A DNA stretch of 59,094 bases, counting the filler, from Globobulimina sp. (lineage: Eukaryota): NCBI GenBank assembly GCA_003354225.1. It is 11 parts of 11 records of this genome, joined end to end, with 100 filler letters (N's around TTAATTAATTAA, not from the genome) between each part and the next. Parts side by side here need not be neighbours in the genome. Positions count along the whole stretch, not along the records: positions 10,789 to 16,076 come from PIVH01000642.1; positions 16,177 to 21,460 come from PIVH01000643.1; positions 21,561 to 26,844 come from PIVH01000644.1; 8 more parts are not named here. One strand, 5' to 3'. A program made the translations under genes and the position numbers. Position 1 is the first letter of the stretch. Every line of letters begins with the position of its first letter. This document shows, piece after piece, positions 11,566 to 22,720 of the stretch. The notes under the pieces are model-generated. The model was given only the letters and a program-made list of their open reading frames with translations, had not been told where the DNA came from and did no database searches.

Positions 11566-14500
11566 ATGCTGACATCTTACATTTTACTATTTACATTTCT
11601 AATATACACATTCGTAGCTGTCTCAGAAGGTAGTTACAAGTCTTTAAATTCTACATCCAATAATGTGAACAATATACAATATAAAACAAATATAAAACTA
11701 ATGTATATAAAATACAATGAAATAAAAATGATAATGCAAACTAAAATAAATGTTTTAAAATGTCAAATAATCCTCCTCATATACCTTAACATACTGTATA
11801 AAATAATAAATAATAATATAATGTATAATTTATATACAGATTACGCGCATATTCGCAACAAAATGTTACCAAAAGACTTTCAAAATAAACCAAAGATTGA
11901 TCATATCAGAAAGAATACAGTTTCCCCTCCTCAACCAACCCAAAGTAATCAATTTAATAAATATGTCACTATTAATATGGCATTACAACAGTCACAGTTC
12001 CAACGTAATTCAATTCCATTAAACAAACAAAGAGTATATCATATCAAAGATAAATTAGATTCGCGAAGAGATGGTGTTATTATTGCAACATTTGCCGATG
12101 CTGTAACTGCCCCGAATACGCCACCAAATTGGAATAATGCCAGTGCTGAAATTGTAGTTAATGTATTAAATAATAAAACAATTACGTTTTATAAACCGGA
12201 TTGGGAGGAATATAGAGAAGAAAAAGAGAATAAGATTGAGATCGATGAATATCGCCCCGCTATCCCTCCATCGCAAGCAAATACGTACACCAAAGGGGAC
12301 CGGTTCTTCCCTGCTTTGATTCAACAACATCCTGAATCATTAAAATCGTCCCAATATCCAACCCATCGAAGACCGACCCATAAAAGAATGCGACGTAAAT
12401 TAAAAATGAAAGCCATCGATAATTCGCAACCAAACAAAAAGGCCGAGATCGTTGCTGAGCAAATCAGAAATATTAAGCGAACCGGCGCCTGTGTGAAATA
12501 TAAGATTATCAACGGAGAAATATGGGATCTCAGATTTGAGAAAATTGATTTGAAGAAAGAAGCATTAAATTTAATGGAATTCCGCGAAATATGGGAATTA
12601 GAAAATGTGTGTCAAATTAGTAATGTATGCGTATCAAATAATTCATTGAATATATACTCACCAACCTATAAATTCCAGAATTTAATTAATGGAAAACATC
12701 CAGACTTTGCCAAAGCCATTCAAATACTTTATCAGAATACAGGCACAGATCACCCAATCCATCGGTTGGTTATTCCCCATTTAGTCCCGTCGACGGTATA
12801 TGTGAATGATAAACGTTTATTACATTTAGACCCAATATCCGGATCCAGTACGGAATCGATTTTAATGGATCTCGATTGGGAGATTGCATATCCACGATTC
12901 GAATATAACGATCTTGAAATTATGTATATTAAGAAAGCTTTGGTTTGGCGCCCGGTCAATATGTGTCTATTAAATGTACCGTTAAGTCTCCTCAATAACA
13001 ATTCGTTGCAGCGGATAATTACTGATCAAATAAAAGCGAATATCCACTCAACTTTTCTCCTGTATACAATTAAAAGTGCGATGCAGAATGAATATGATGT
13101 CACGCAAATTGATTACAAGCCTTTATTAACGGCCCTAATAAATCCAAATCAAATTAAATTAGAAAGATTAAAATTGGCGCAATGTGAATTAAAGGAAGAA
13201 AGATCCCGTCCGTCCCCAATGAAAGAAGATAAAAATGGCAAATCTGATGAATTGAGTGAAGATTCGGTGAATTCGGATCTGTGGTATGATGAATTGATCA
13301 ATGAAATTAAATCGTTACATGTCGATATTACCAAATTAATCACAAAATATGCCGTGAAGACTGAAGACGTAATGATCCGGAATATAATAAAAAATAGACG
13401 TTGGTGCAGGAATACTTTGTATCAAATGAGCAATGAAACGGGCTGTGATTTGGAGATGCCATCGTGGATAAATCAGAATAGTTGGAAAAAAATGATTGAT
13501 TTTATTGTTGCCGATGATTGCGTTCAAAGTATCGGTAAATCGTTCAAATCGGACTTATTATTTGAAGATAAAAATGTATTTATTACACCAATTACGATGA
13601 AAGGAATTAACCCGAAATTGATTGTTGGCGATGACGAGTTAGATATTCCAGCGATGAAATTAGGATTTGGCACTACTTGCAAATATATGCTGTTATTGCG
13701 GAGTAATATGTATTTTGATTTTTTGGCGACGGCTAAAACCTGTAAATGTGGGAAGAAATTTTCGGATCATTTCGATTGCCCGGAAGAGGCGAATTATGTT
13801 AAAAAAGAAATTAATAAAATCAAACAAAAATGTAAAAAAGGAAAAATAACACAGAAACAAGCCGAGATCGCCATTGATAATATCATATCCATCAAATGTA
13901 TTAAATGTTGTTATTGGGGGCATTTTGGCACAGATTGCAATTGTAAGGAACCGAGTTGCCTTTGCTGCCATCAATCGCGTCATATTCGGACATTAAATAC
14001 GGTGGTTTGCCCGGATTCGTTTAATTTGGTGAAATTGTTTGAAAATTTGGATAATATTAATATGAATTGGAATGATATTAATTTAGACAATATTGACCAT
14101 TATAAATTGATTCATAGTTCGATTACGAAAGATTTGGTCATTTCGGAGTTATACAAAATCATTGACTCCAATACAAACAACCAAATAAAATTAAATCCAA
14201 CCAACCAAATCAATGAAAATAATAAAACAAGTTATAGCAATGCGGCATCATCGAATAATAACAATAATAATAATAATATGGCCCAGACAGATAACTCCCA
14301 ACCGACCAATAACAAAAACAACAATAACTCGGCCCAAATGCGAACAGATATATTAGTCCCAACCGATGCAATATCAATGGCTGAGGAACAACTCTTTGAT
14401 CAGGGATTAAATGAAGAGGATTTTACCAATGTACCAAGTCAGACCAATGAAATTGATGAGGAAAAAAGCATTGTATTGAAACAAAGCCAAATTAAACCAC

Positions 14501-14949
14501 CGACTCATCAGAAATTGCCTACTGACATTGCGCTGTCAGCAATAAATAATCCATATGTCGATAATGCGCTTATTACAGCCATTAATAATGAGTTATTGTT
14601 CAACAAACCTGCCAATTTTAACACAAATAACAAGCCATCCACCCCCGATTATGCATCGCTGCCAACGACTGAAGAATATTCATTTGATGACGAGGCAGAA
14701 ATAACTCCGAAACGCGCAAGAAAACCAAAACCGCCTCTAATCCTACACTCCGTTACAATTTCGCCAAAATTGCCCAAATATGTGAAAAAAAGAAACAAAA
14801 ATGCTGAATCATTCCGAGTAAATATGCAAAACCAAAAATTGCGACAGTCGACCAATCAGAAAAACAGAGACAACAAACTCCCGTTTAAAGATTTGAGAAA
14901 TAAAAGAAAGAAATTAAAGGGCACAACCAAGCAAAAACAGAATAAATGA
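11566..14949 (+). CDS. LINE ORF1 (gag-like nucleic-acid-binding protein); true start may be ATG 11863 or 11977
   Basis: Exact CX2CX4HX4C knuckle CIKCCYWGHFGTDC (13897-13938) then CLCCHQSRH; basic C-terminal tail. Confidence 0.8.
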   Translation: MLTSYILLFTFLIYTFVAVSEGSYKSLNSTSNNVNNIQYKTNIKLMYIKYNEIKMIMQTKINVLKCQIILLIYLNILYKIINNNIMYNLYTDYAHIRNKMLPKDFQNKPKIDHIRKNTVSPPQPTQSNQFNKYVTINMALQQSQFQRNSIPLNKQRVYHIKDKLDSRRDGVIIATFADAVTAPNTPPNWNNASAEIVVNVLNNKTITFYKPDWEEYREEKENKIEIDEYRPAIPPSQANTYTKGDRFFPALIQQHPESLKSSQYPTHRRPTHKRMRRKLKMKAIDNSQPNKKAEIVAEQIRNIKRTGACVKYKIINGEIWDLRFEKIDLKKEALNLMEFREIWELENVCQISNVCVSNNSLNIYSPTYKFQNLINGKHPDFAKAIQILYQNTGTDHPIHRLVIPHLVPSTVYVNDKRLLHLDPISGSSTESILMDLDWEIAYPRFEYNDLEIMYIKKALVWRPVNMCLLNVPLSLLNNNSLQRIITDQIKANIHSTFLLYTIKSAMQNEYDVTQIDYKPLLTALINPNQIKLERLKLAQCELKEERSRPSPMKEDKNGKSDELSEDSVNSDLWYDELINEIKSLHVDITKLITKYAVKTEDVMIRNIIKNRRWCRNTLYQMSNETGCDLEMPSWINQNSWKKMIDFIVADDCVQSIGKSFKSDLLFEDKNVFITPITMKGINPKLIVGDDELDIPAMKLGFGTTCKYMLLLRSNMYFDFLATAKTCKCGKKFSDHFDCPEEANYVKKEINKIKQKCKKGKITQKQAEIAIDNIISIKCIKCCYWGHFGTDCNCKEPSCLCCHQSRHIRTLNTVVCPDSFNLVKLFENLDNINMNWNDINLDNIDHYKLIHSSITKDLVISELYKIIDSNTNNQIKLNPTNQINENNKTSYSNAASSNNNNNNNNMAQTDNSQPTNNKNNNNSAQMRTDILVPTDAISMAEEQLFDQGLNEEDFTNVPSQTNEIDEEKSIVLKQSQIKPPTHQKLPTDIALSAINNPYVDNALITAINNELLFNKPANFNTNNKPSTPDYASLPTTEEYSFDDEAEITPKRARKPKPPLILHSVTISPKLPKYVKKRNKNAESFRVNMQNQKLRQSTNQKNRDNKLPFKDLRNKRKKLKGTTKQKQNK

Positions 14950-15359
14950 TTAGAAAGTTAACTATTATTCAACTCCCGATTTGGATCCATAAATTTGCAA
15001 CCAGTCAGCTCCCGAATTGTATTTATAATTTTTTAATTAATAATTCTCTTTTAATTTTTTTAGTTATTATCTGTTGTTTATACTATGCCATTTTTTATGT
15101 AATTGATGATAATAAAGACAGAGACCATTTTATTTTTACGGGTATGCAGTCGGTGAATTTTTCTCATTGCTGCCTGATAATAATAATAAAATACTCTACT
15201 TTCCTCAACTTTACTTTTTCAATTCCCCCCAAAAATTCCCTGTGTAAATTAATAAATCAATTGCAAATTTATTCATATTATGGCGAAAAAATTCTTATAG
15301 TAAAACTACTGCAAAAGTCCGCTAAAAACGTGTTATCACTTTCAAAACAAAATGGTTAA
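14946..15359 (+). CDS. Putative 137-aa hydrophobic ORF spanning the ORF1-ORF2 spacer
   Basis: Starts in an ATGA overlap with the ORF1 stop and overlaps the ORF2 start by 8 nt; TM-like LLIFLVIICCLYYAIFYVI. Confidence 0.4.
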   Translation: MIRKLTIIQLPIWIHKFATSQLPNCIYNFLINNSLLIFLVIICCLYYAIFYVIDDNKDRDHFIFTGMQSVNFSHCCLIIIIKYSTFLNFTFSIPPKNSLCKLINQLQIYSYYGEKILIVKLLQKSAKNVLSLSKQNG

Positions 15360-16076
15360 ATATAATATATTACAATATAACATAAATGGAATAATAAGTC
15401 CAACAAATATGTCACAAGAACAAAAATGCCACAGATTACACCAAATAATGCTCTCTAAACAAATTGACTTTGTACTACTCCAAGAATGGAGTGCAACACT
15501 GAGATATGCGTTAAGTCCGACTAATTCCAATTACATTGACAAAAATAACCAATCCCATTCATTAAAATTTCCAATCAAACTTTTCCCGAAATATAAAGTA
15601 CATTATACAGGCACGGAGACTGCCATATTGTACAGAGAAACATTACTAATCACTCCGATAAATCCTCCTCCAAATTATAACCGTAACTGCCGTACAAAAA
15701 ACTGCCATCTGACAAGTGTCATTCTCCATTGCGGCGACGAAGACATAGGAATTCATTCACTTTACAATTGCCCCCGCAATCCAAATGTCAACCAATTATT
15801 TGATTACCCCTTGAATGTTAATAAAAATATAATTGCGGGCGATTTCAATGTCCCAAATATAATTTGGGGCAGTAATACATCCACAAATGAGTCAAATGAA
15901 TTTATCGATGGATTAAACTTCTTAGGAATGCAAATATTAAATATTAATAATCCATCTTATACACATATCCATAAATCCTATAAAACGCGTTCTGCCATTG
16001 ATTTAACGCTCATTTCTGACAATCTCAAACATACAAACTGGTCAATCCTCCATTCGTTGTATGAACCAAACTGCTC
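15352..16076 (+). CDS. LINE ORF2, apurinic-like (EEP) endonuclease domain, 3'-partial
   Basis: ILQYNINGI, IDFVLLQE, SLYNCP, IIAGDFN, SYT, SAIDLTL. Confidence 0.92.
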
Positions 16077-16176
16077 NNNNNNNNNNNNNNNNNNNNNNNN
16101 NNNNNNNNNNNNNNNNNNNNTTAATTAATTAANNNNNNNNNNNNNNNNNNNNNNNNNNNNNNNNNNNNNNNNNNNN

Positions 16177-19100
16177 ATTACAATTTGAACCAAACATAAA
16201 CTGTTTAAAAAAGACAGTAGTTCCTTTGACGCGATTAAACCCAGCGGACCGCTGAACAACTTTGCCTTTATTCTGTACGCAGCCACCACACCCTTTTGGG
16301 TAAATATTCCATTTTACTTTCAAGTTTTTCACTTTTTTTTTACGTTTATGCACACTTCCTTGACTTTTTGATTTCGGTGTCATTCTATTTGGTGATTTTG
16401 GTGTCGACGTCCTTTTATTTGGCGATTTCGGTGTCATTTTATTTGGCGATTTTGGTGATTTTTTGAATAAACTATTCCATGTCTTGGAACTTTTTAACAT
16501 ATTAAAGCCGACAGCGTCTAAATCGATTTCTAATTTGTGTTTTTCTTTTTTTTCAAATTCGATTTCTTGCAATAATTCCTCATCAAAAAAATCATTCATC
16601 AAAGATGCACTGACCAGGCCACCAAAAGCCTGTCCATATAATTCAATGCCTGAACAACCCAAATACCATCGACCGGAATTATTCTTATCCGTCATAAATA
16701 TGCGAAATTGGCTAAAATAATGATTTACATTTATGTCCCATGTATGCGTATCGTTCGGTGCTCGCAATGATTGATCAAATATGTGATTCTTCATTATCAT
16801 CCATTTACGTCCATCAGTGCTTCCCTCCAAAGTCCAATTCAACAAAGCGGCATTGTGCGAATTGTGATGTTTTAAGGTATATTTACTGAACAAAGTTAAA
16901 TAACGAAGTTATGCATATAATTACTGAACTAGTTGAATAACGAAGTTATAAATGTAATTACTGAACTAGTTGAATGTACATATACATATACCTTAATTTT
17001 ATATAAATTGGATGAATATTTATCTTTATCCAGGACGGACATATATTGTTTGTCATACAACGGACACATTTCCTGCCAGCAAAATGATGCATTCGTTTCG
17101 AATCCATTGCCAACGAGGAAGCATTCACAGTAACACCGGCAATCAATGCCGGATTGGCATAACATTTCCTCTTTGCGTGTGTTCCCAAAAAATATAACAA
17201 TCCATTTTTATCAAAGTCTGCCACATAATCAAATTCAAGCTCACCTTCTTTGTTATCATTTACTTTGAATTCAATGTCATTCTCGAAAATATCAACCAAT
17301 TCATCACCAACTTTTATATCACCTTCCGAGAATTTACTAATTTTTCCTCTCTGCAAATTCTGTTTCTGTTTTTGTTTCAGAATATTCAGATTCGAGCGTT
17401 GATTTTGAGCCATAGCTTTTTGCTGCAAAAAAGCTTTCCGATGCCTTGCTTCATTCTTTTGAATTTGGTGCCAACGTTGAATGTCGTCTTTTTCTTTTTG
17501 TTCGCGAATCAATTGGTCTGCGCTGAGTTCTTTTATTATTTTGGGTTTGGAGATGTACATATAACCAAACGGAGCAATGCTGTCCAGCCAGGAAAGTTTG
17601 GTATTTATTTCATAAAACGCTTGAAAGTTTATATCAATCAATTGATCAAAACAGTTATTCAAAATATATGCATTGGTTAATTGTCCACCATCATATTCGT
17701 CAACATTTAAAATGAACTGTAAGGGCCATATCGTGATCATATCATAGACGCAAAACCTATTCGTGGAGCCTTTATAATGCCAATACATTGCTACTTCTCG
17801 TTCTTTATGAATGTGCAACGATAACACAAACATATTAAACATGTCACTGTTGCCGTTTATTGTATTTGCATTAATCTCACCATTATTGGACGGGAATATC
17901 TCTTTTTTGGTTAAATTCAGCATTGATTCATATAGAAATGCATTGTTATTGTGCGAGGCTGGAATATTTTGCGTATTTTTAGGCAAATATGCATATATTT
18001 TGGGCGAATGCAGCCTCCTATCAATAACCATACACATCCTTTTATGGTTTTGTTGGTTCAAAACGGTCTTTATAATATTTTCAAACATCAATGATAGTTT
18101 TCTTATATCAATGTTAAAACTTAAATCAATTTGTTGCAAATTATCACAATGTTTTAAAGCTTGCTGCGGATCGAATTCTTTGTTAACAGCATCCACAAAG
18201 ACGTCATCCTCGTAATCGATTTCCTTAATATTTTGGGGTATGATCCAAACATCGATCTGTGGGGGATATGGAATTAATAACTGTTTCAACATATTATTAA
18301 CAGCTAACAACAGTGATATAAAATAGGTTTGAAATTCTGTCAATGAGTCATGAATTCTGTTGGTGATTTGTGATTTTTCCAATGGTACAATATAAAATAT
18401 TCCGTTTCTATGAATACAGGATTTCATCGCATCAACATACCACAGCAATGTCTCGTGCTGGCCATTCAACTGCAGATCGATCATTGTACTGCAGCAAGAG
18501 ATGAAATCTTGCAACTTTATATCCTGAAACATGGGAGTTTTCCTATATTTTACGCTGTTTTTGTTGTGGTACACGCCTTCCTTTGAATACATGCCTTCAG
18601 AATCATAGCGGGAATGGAAAATAAAATATTCCAACAGTCGAAACCTTTGATAGGAGCAAACTAAATAGGTCAACAATGGGAAATTGTTTTGTTGCCCAAT
18701 GTTTAATACTTTATAGATCGATGTGTTGTCGTTATTTGGTTCTAAAAGTTTGACCTGCGCGGACACTAATTTTTTCATTGCATTTATGTCATTTTCGGTG
18801 CAATTTGTATAGATATCAAGTAAGTTCAATGATGACGGCCCTGGCTGTGGCGGCACAAACGTTGACAATAAGTTATGTATAGCCTGACACAGTGGTTCTT
18901 TGTCGTCGTCGATGGTATGGATATCTTCTGCGATAGCTTCCAGAATGACAGATTCATCAAACCCTTACAGAACAATTTTGTATATATATTTAGAATGTTG
19001 ACAATTAAGAGATGAACCACTGTATATGTACGTATACAACAAAAATACCTTCTGCGACGTCATCAATCAAAACATCTGTTTCTTCAAATGCTTCTTCGCG

Positions 19101-19232
19101 ACAATGTATTTTGAATTTATCAGGAAATTCAGGGTACTGAGGGAAAATGTATGATATTCTTTGTGAGACGCGTTCAATCGCCATGCTACATTCTGTTTCG
19201 TCACCGAACATATCAATACTACCCTCAGCCAT
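16177..19232 (-). CDS. Multi-domain protein with a HECTD1-like galactose-binding/discoidin-fold domain and SP/TP-K repeats; 3'-partial
   Basis: Introns 19048-18964 and 16991-16886 in frame; DFDKNGLLYFLGT, YTLKH, NWTLEGSTDG, YLGCSGIELYG. Confidence 0.75.
16901..16974. repeat. Two tandem copies of a 37-bp unit inside an intron
   Basis: taacgaagttatgcatataattactgaactagttgaa / taacgaagttataaatgtaattactgaactagttgaa. Confidence 0.9.
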
Positions 19233-19280
19233 GCTTTTATTAAACTCTTTGTTTTTTATAATCTGACAACTGTCAGTATA

Positions 19281-20337
19281 ATGACACAAAAAGAAGGTAT
19301 GTTAGATACCGAAGGTTCTGACGAAACAACTCGATGGTTGAATGATAATGGATTGTCATGCATTGTCGAGCTCTGTTTGAAAAACGATATAACGCTTGAA
19401 GTGTTGATGGAAGCTGATTCGAATGATATCAAGTTATACTAACTGCCATTCATTGATTTTATTCTAAAAATAATTGTATATTAAAATACTGTACATATAT
19501 ATAGGAGTATGTGCATTGACGCAAACATCAAAACGCAACATCGATTAAAATTGCAATCTGCATTGCGGAAAACGGCAAATTCCATATTATCGCCACAAAC
19601 TAGTACTCTATCACCAACTGAAGGTATTTTTTCTGCCTATTTTTGCCTAAATTGTGTAAAAAAATGTACGTATAACGTACTGTACATTTAAAATCAAAGA
19701 GGAAGTAAAATATATCAACATCGCAACACGTTATCATTATCTATTCAAATTGGTATTAATTGGAGATTCAGGTGTAGGTAAATCGAATATTATGCTCCGA
19801 TTTACAAATGATTTATACGATGAATTTTTCACTGCAACGGTAGGAATTGATTATGCTTCTAAAATGTTACAAATTGATGATAAAATTATTAAACTGTCTG
19901 TGTGGGACACTGCCGGTCAGGAAAGGTTTAGATCGCTCACTGCTTCATATTACAAAGGAGCGCACGCAGTGCTCATTGTGTATGATATCACCAACAGAGA
20001 GAGCTTTGAGAATGTGTCCCAATGGTTAGATGAATTGAGAAGTTTTGCGCAGGCGTCAGTGCTCATATTTGTGGTTGGTACCAAAATAGATCTGGAAACG
20101 GAGAGAGCTGTGACATTTGATGAAGGGAAAGGTTTTGCAAAATCATTCAACTGTAAATTTTGCGAAGTGAGTGCCAAATCTGGGCGAAATGTGCCAACAT
20201 TGTTCAATACGATCACATTATATTTGGTGAACAAACGAGAAAGAACTTATCAAGAATCCGAATCAAAATCAAGCTCACAGTCCACACTGGTTTGTTTTGA
20301 GAAGTCGAAACAGGAAGAAAAGGCAACTTGTTGTTAA
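19281..20337 (+). CDS. Rab GTPase with N-terminal SAM-like domain, about 302 aa, 3 exons (19281-19432, 19505-19623, 19700-20337)
   Basis: GDSGVGKS, TVGID, WDTAGQERFRS, GTKID, EVSAK, C-terminal CC prenylation site; introns 19433-19504 and 19624-19699 splice in frame. Confidence 0.85.
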
Positions 20338-20720
20338 ATTATATAATATAACATACTTCATAATTACTCATAGATTGTAAATAGTATACACGCACGATCT
20401 GCAAATCTGTGCATAGTTTTGGTATACACACATTTTTACATATTTTTAACGGATTTATTATAAAATCTCTTGAATAATATGTTGTCCATTAATTAACAGT
20501 TAATTCTGACATTATTTCTTCCCATTATTTGAGGTACTTTTGTAATGGAATCTGTTTTAATGGTTCAGGTGAACGGAGAAATCCATTTACTATGCCAATA
20601 TCATGTACACTTAGTATTTTGTTGACTTTGCAAGGGGTTTATTCCTGATTTTGACATTTTGAGGTTTTAAATCTAGCCTCTAACTTCGTAGAATTTGCTC
20701 CATTTTGCCAAGTCACAACA

Positions 20721-21335
20721 ATGGCTCTGTTCTCCAATATATTTAAAAAGAAAAACAAAAGTAATACCACAACAAACAAATCAGAGAAATCAATTACTTT
20801 ATTGGTGATACGATCAGGTCATGATGGTCAAAATTTTTATAAATTATTTGAAAAATGTAAATTAAAAGATGGCAGAAAAGTGATTGTAGAGCAAGCAGCG
20901 TGGAGTGCAATACAATTAACAGCATATAGTGATAATATCCGACCTGTAGTAAACTTAAAACCATCACGAAAACCATTACCAAATTCACCACAAAATAGAG
21001 TTCGTTGTATTCAGCCCGATTTTTTATTATTGCGTGAATTATGTCGCGGTATTGGAGCATCACAAGATCATAGAAATTTATTATATGGATTTATGATCAC
21101 ACAAACACCCTCAATAAATTCATTACATTCAATGTATTGTCGGAATGAAAGACCGTTAATGGTCGCTGAACTTATTCGTTTAAATAGAATGTACGGTCAA
21201 GATAAATTTCCAATATTTACCCAATATTATTATCCAATGCATCAAGAAATGTTAATCACACCGCAATATCCAATTGTTTTAAAATTAGGTCACGGAGATG
21301 CCGGATTTGGTAAAATAAAATTAGACAATAATAAA
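20721..21335 (+). CDS. Synapsin-like ATP-grasp protein, 3'-truncated
   Basis: VEQAAW, PDFLLLR, DHRNLL, PSINSLHS, GQDKFP, YPIVLKLGHGDAGFGKIK follow the synapsin C domain; similarity stops at about 21335. Confidence 0.8.
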
Positions 21336-21560
21336 ATAAAATTAGCTGCGCTGTTATTGAACATATTGAGGTATTGCCGCGGTATAAGTTTTGGATGGAC
21401 CAATGTAGCGACGCATTTGGTGGCGGATTTGATATTTGCACGGTCGATGTATTAGTATCGNNNNNNNNNNNNNNNNNNNNNNNNNNNNNNNNNNNNNNNN
21501 NNNNTTAATTAATTAANNNNNNNNNNNNNNNNNNNNNNNNNNNNNNNNNNNNNNNNNNNN

Positions 21561-22142
21561 TTCTGGAAAAAACATTGGTGGTGTCTTCGCCGAGGTTTTA
21601 CCATCTGAATTTAATGTGAAAAAATAGTTGCGTTTTTGGTCAACAAGTTTGACATCAGCAAATAGTACTATGGTAAATTCTTTTTCTACCATTCCTTTCC
21701 ATTGCTTTCCTTGCACAGAAATTCTTTTTTCTGCTATACCTTCGTCTGCTTCAACTAATTCGGAGTGTGCTGTTATAATTATATCTTTAGGATACATCTT
21801 TAATAGGCTCATTAAGTTGCCTATCTCTTGATTGTACATACTCCATACATCAAAGCCTTTCTTGGTGTCTCTTGCAGTCTTTAGTACACTATCCACGTAT
21901 GCGGAAAAGCTTTCTAATATGACTGTCTTAATTTCTTTATTTTTGGCATACTCTATTAATTTAGAGTAAGTGTCTTGCCAATTTGCGGTTTTGTGATAAT
22001 GTTTGAATTCGTTTTTGAAAGGCAATGGTTTACTTTCAATATTAATAAAGCCCGTTGTTTCTTTGTCCATATTCCTAAAAGAATATGTTTTGCCTCGTCC
22101 TGGTGATCCGACGATAGCAACTTGGTAAGGGTCTCTATTCAT
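21561..22142 (-). CDS. Sak4-like (AAA_24) ssDNA-annealing ATPase, 3'-partial
   Basis: GSPGRGKT Walker A, FINIESKPLPF, IIITAH, VEKEFTIVLF, TSAKTPPMFF. Confidence 0.8.
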
Positions 22143-22155
22143 AAATTATTGTTTT

Positions 22156-22187
22156 AAAAAAGGTGACCAGTTTGAAGCTAGTCACCT
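22156..22187 (-). terminator. Rho-independent terminator-like hairpin
   Basis: Minus strand AGGTGACTAG-CTTCAAA-CTGGTCACCT followed by TTTTT. Confidence 0.75.
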
Positions 22188-22222
22188 ATATTGAGATATT
22201 ATAATCTTGCCATGATTAAGTC

Positions 22223-22696
22223 TTATCTGTTAAATAAACGATTTAATGCAGCTTTTTTAAAAATTTCGCCGATTTCTTCGTTCTTAACGATTACAGATCC
22301 TTGATCTGAATTTAATTTAATGAATCCACGGTGGAATGATACTTCACCACCACAATATAATTCATGTGTTGTATTTAGGTTCAATGCGTAATGTAAAAGT
22401 TTCTTTTTGATTTCAGTATAGTCAGCTATTATGTCTAATACTGGCTTGAATCCACTTTCTCGTACATAGTCAGCTCTTCTAATTCTGTCTACGTCATATT
22501 GAGGGGATGTACCAACTGATACCATTTCTCCTACTATTGCTTCTTCTACACCAATATTAACTTCAGGATATCGTGCTATTGATAAACCTAAATTGGTTGC
22601 CAAGTCTAATATTGGCTGTAAAAAGAATTGTAATGTACCTTCATCTTGAGCATTCTTAGTGTCAATGATGAAACTTGTTTTATTTTGTCTTGTCAT
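22223..22696 (-). CDS. Phage hypothetical protein (157 aa)
   Basis: Full ORF packed in the operon. Confidence 0.75.
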   Translation of the reverse strand: MTRQNKTSFIIDTKNAQDEGTLQFFLQPILDLATNLGLSIARYPEVNIGVEEAIVGEMVSVGTSPQYDVDRIRRADYVRESGFKPVLDIIADYTEIKKKLLHYALNLNTTHELYCGGEVSFHRGFIKLNSDQGSVIVKNEEIGEIFKKAALNRLFNR

Positions 22697-22720
22697 AAGC
22701 TTTGTAAAATTTAGTTAATG

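Larger units (their letters stand above)
11480..16076 (+). mobile_element. Non-LTR retrotransposon (APE-type LINE), 5' portion, cut by the contig end before the RT domain
   Basis: Intronless gag-like ORF1 with CCHC knuckle followed by an ORF2 starting with an APE endonuclease; 5' boundary approximate. Confidence 0.85.

Noticed and set aside
16901-16950. loxP-like sequence ACGAAGTTAT
   Set aside because: Only 10 nt of one arm, in direct rather than inverted orientation; explained by the intronic duplication
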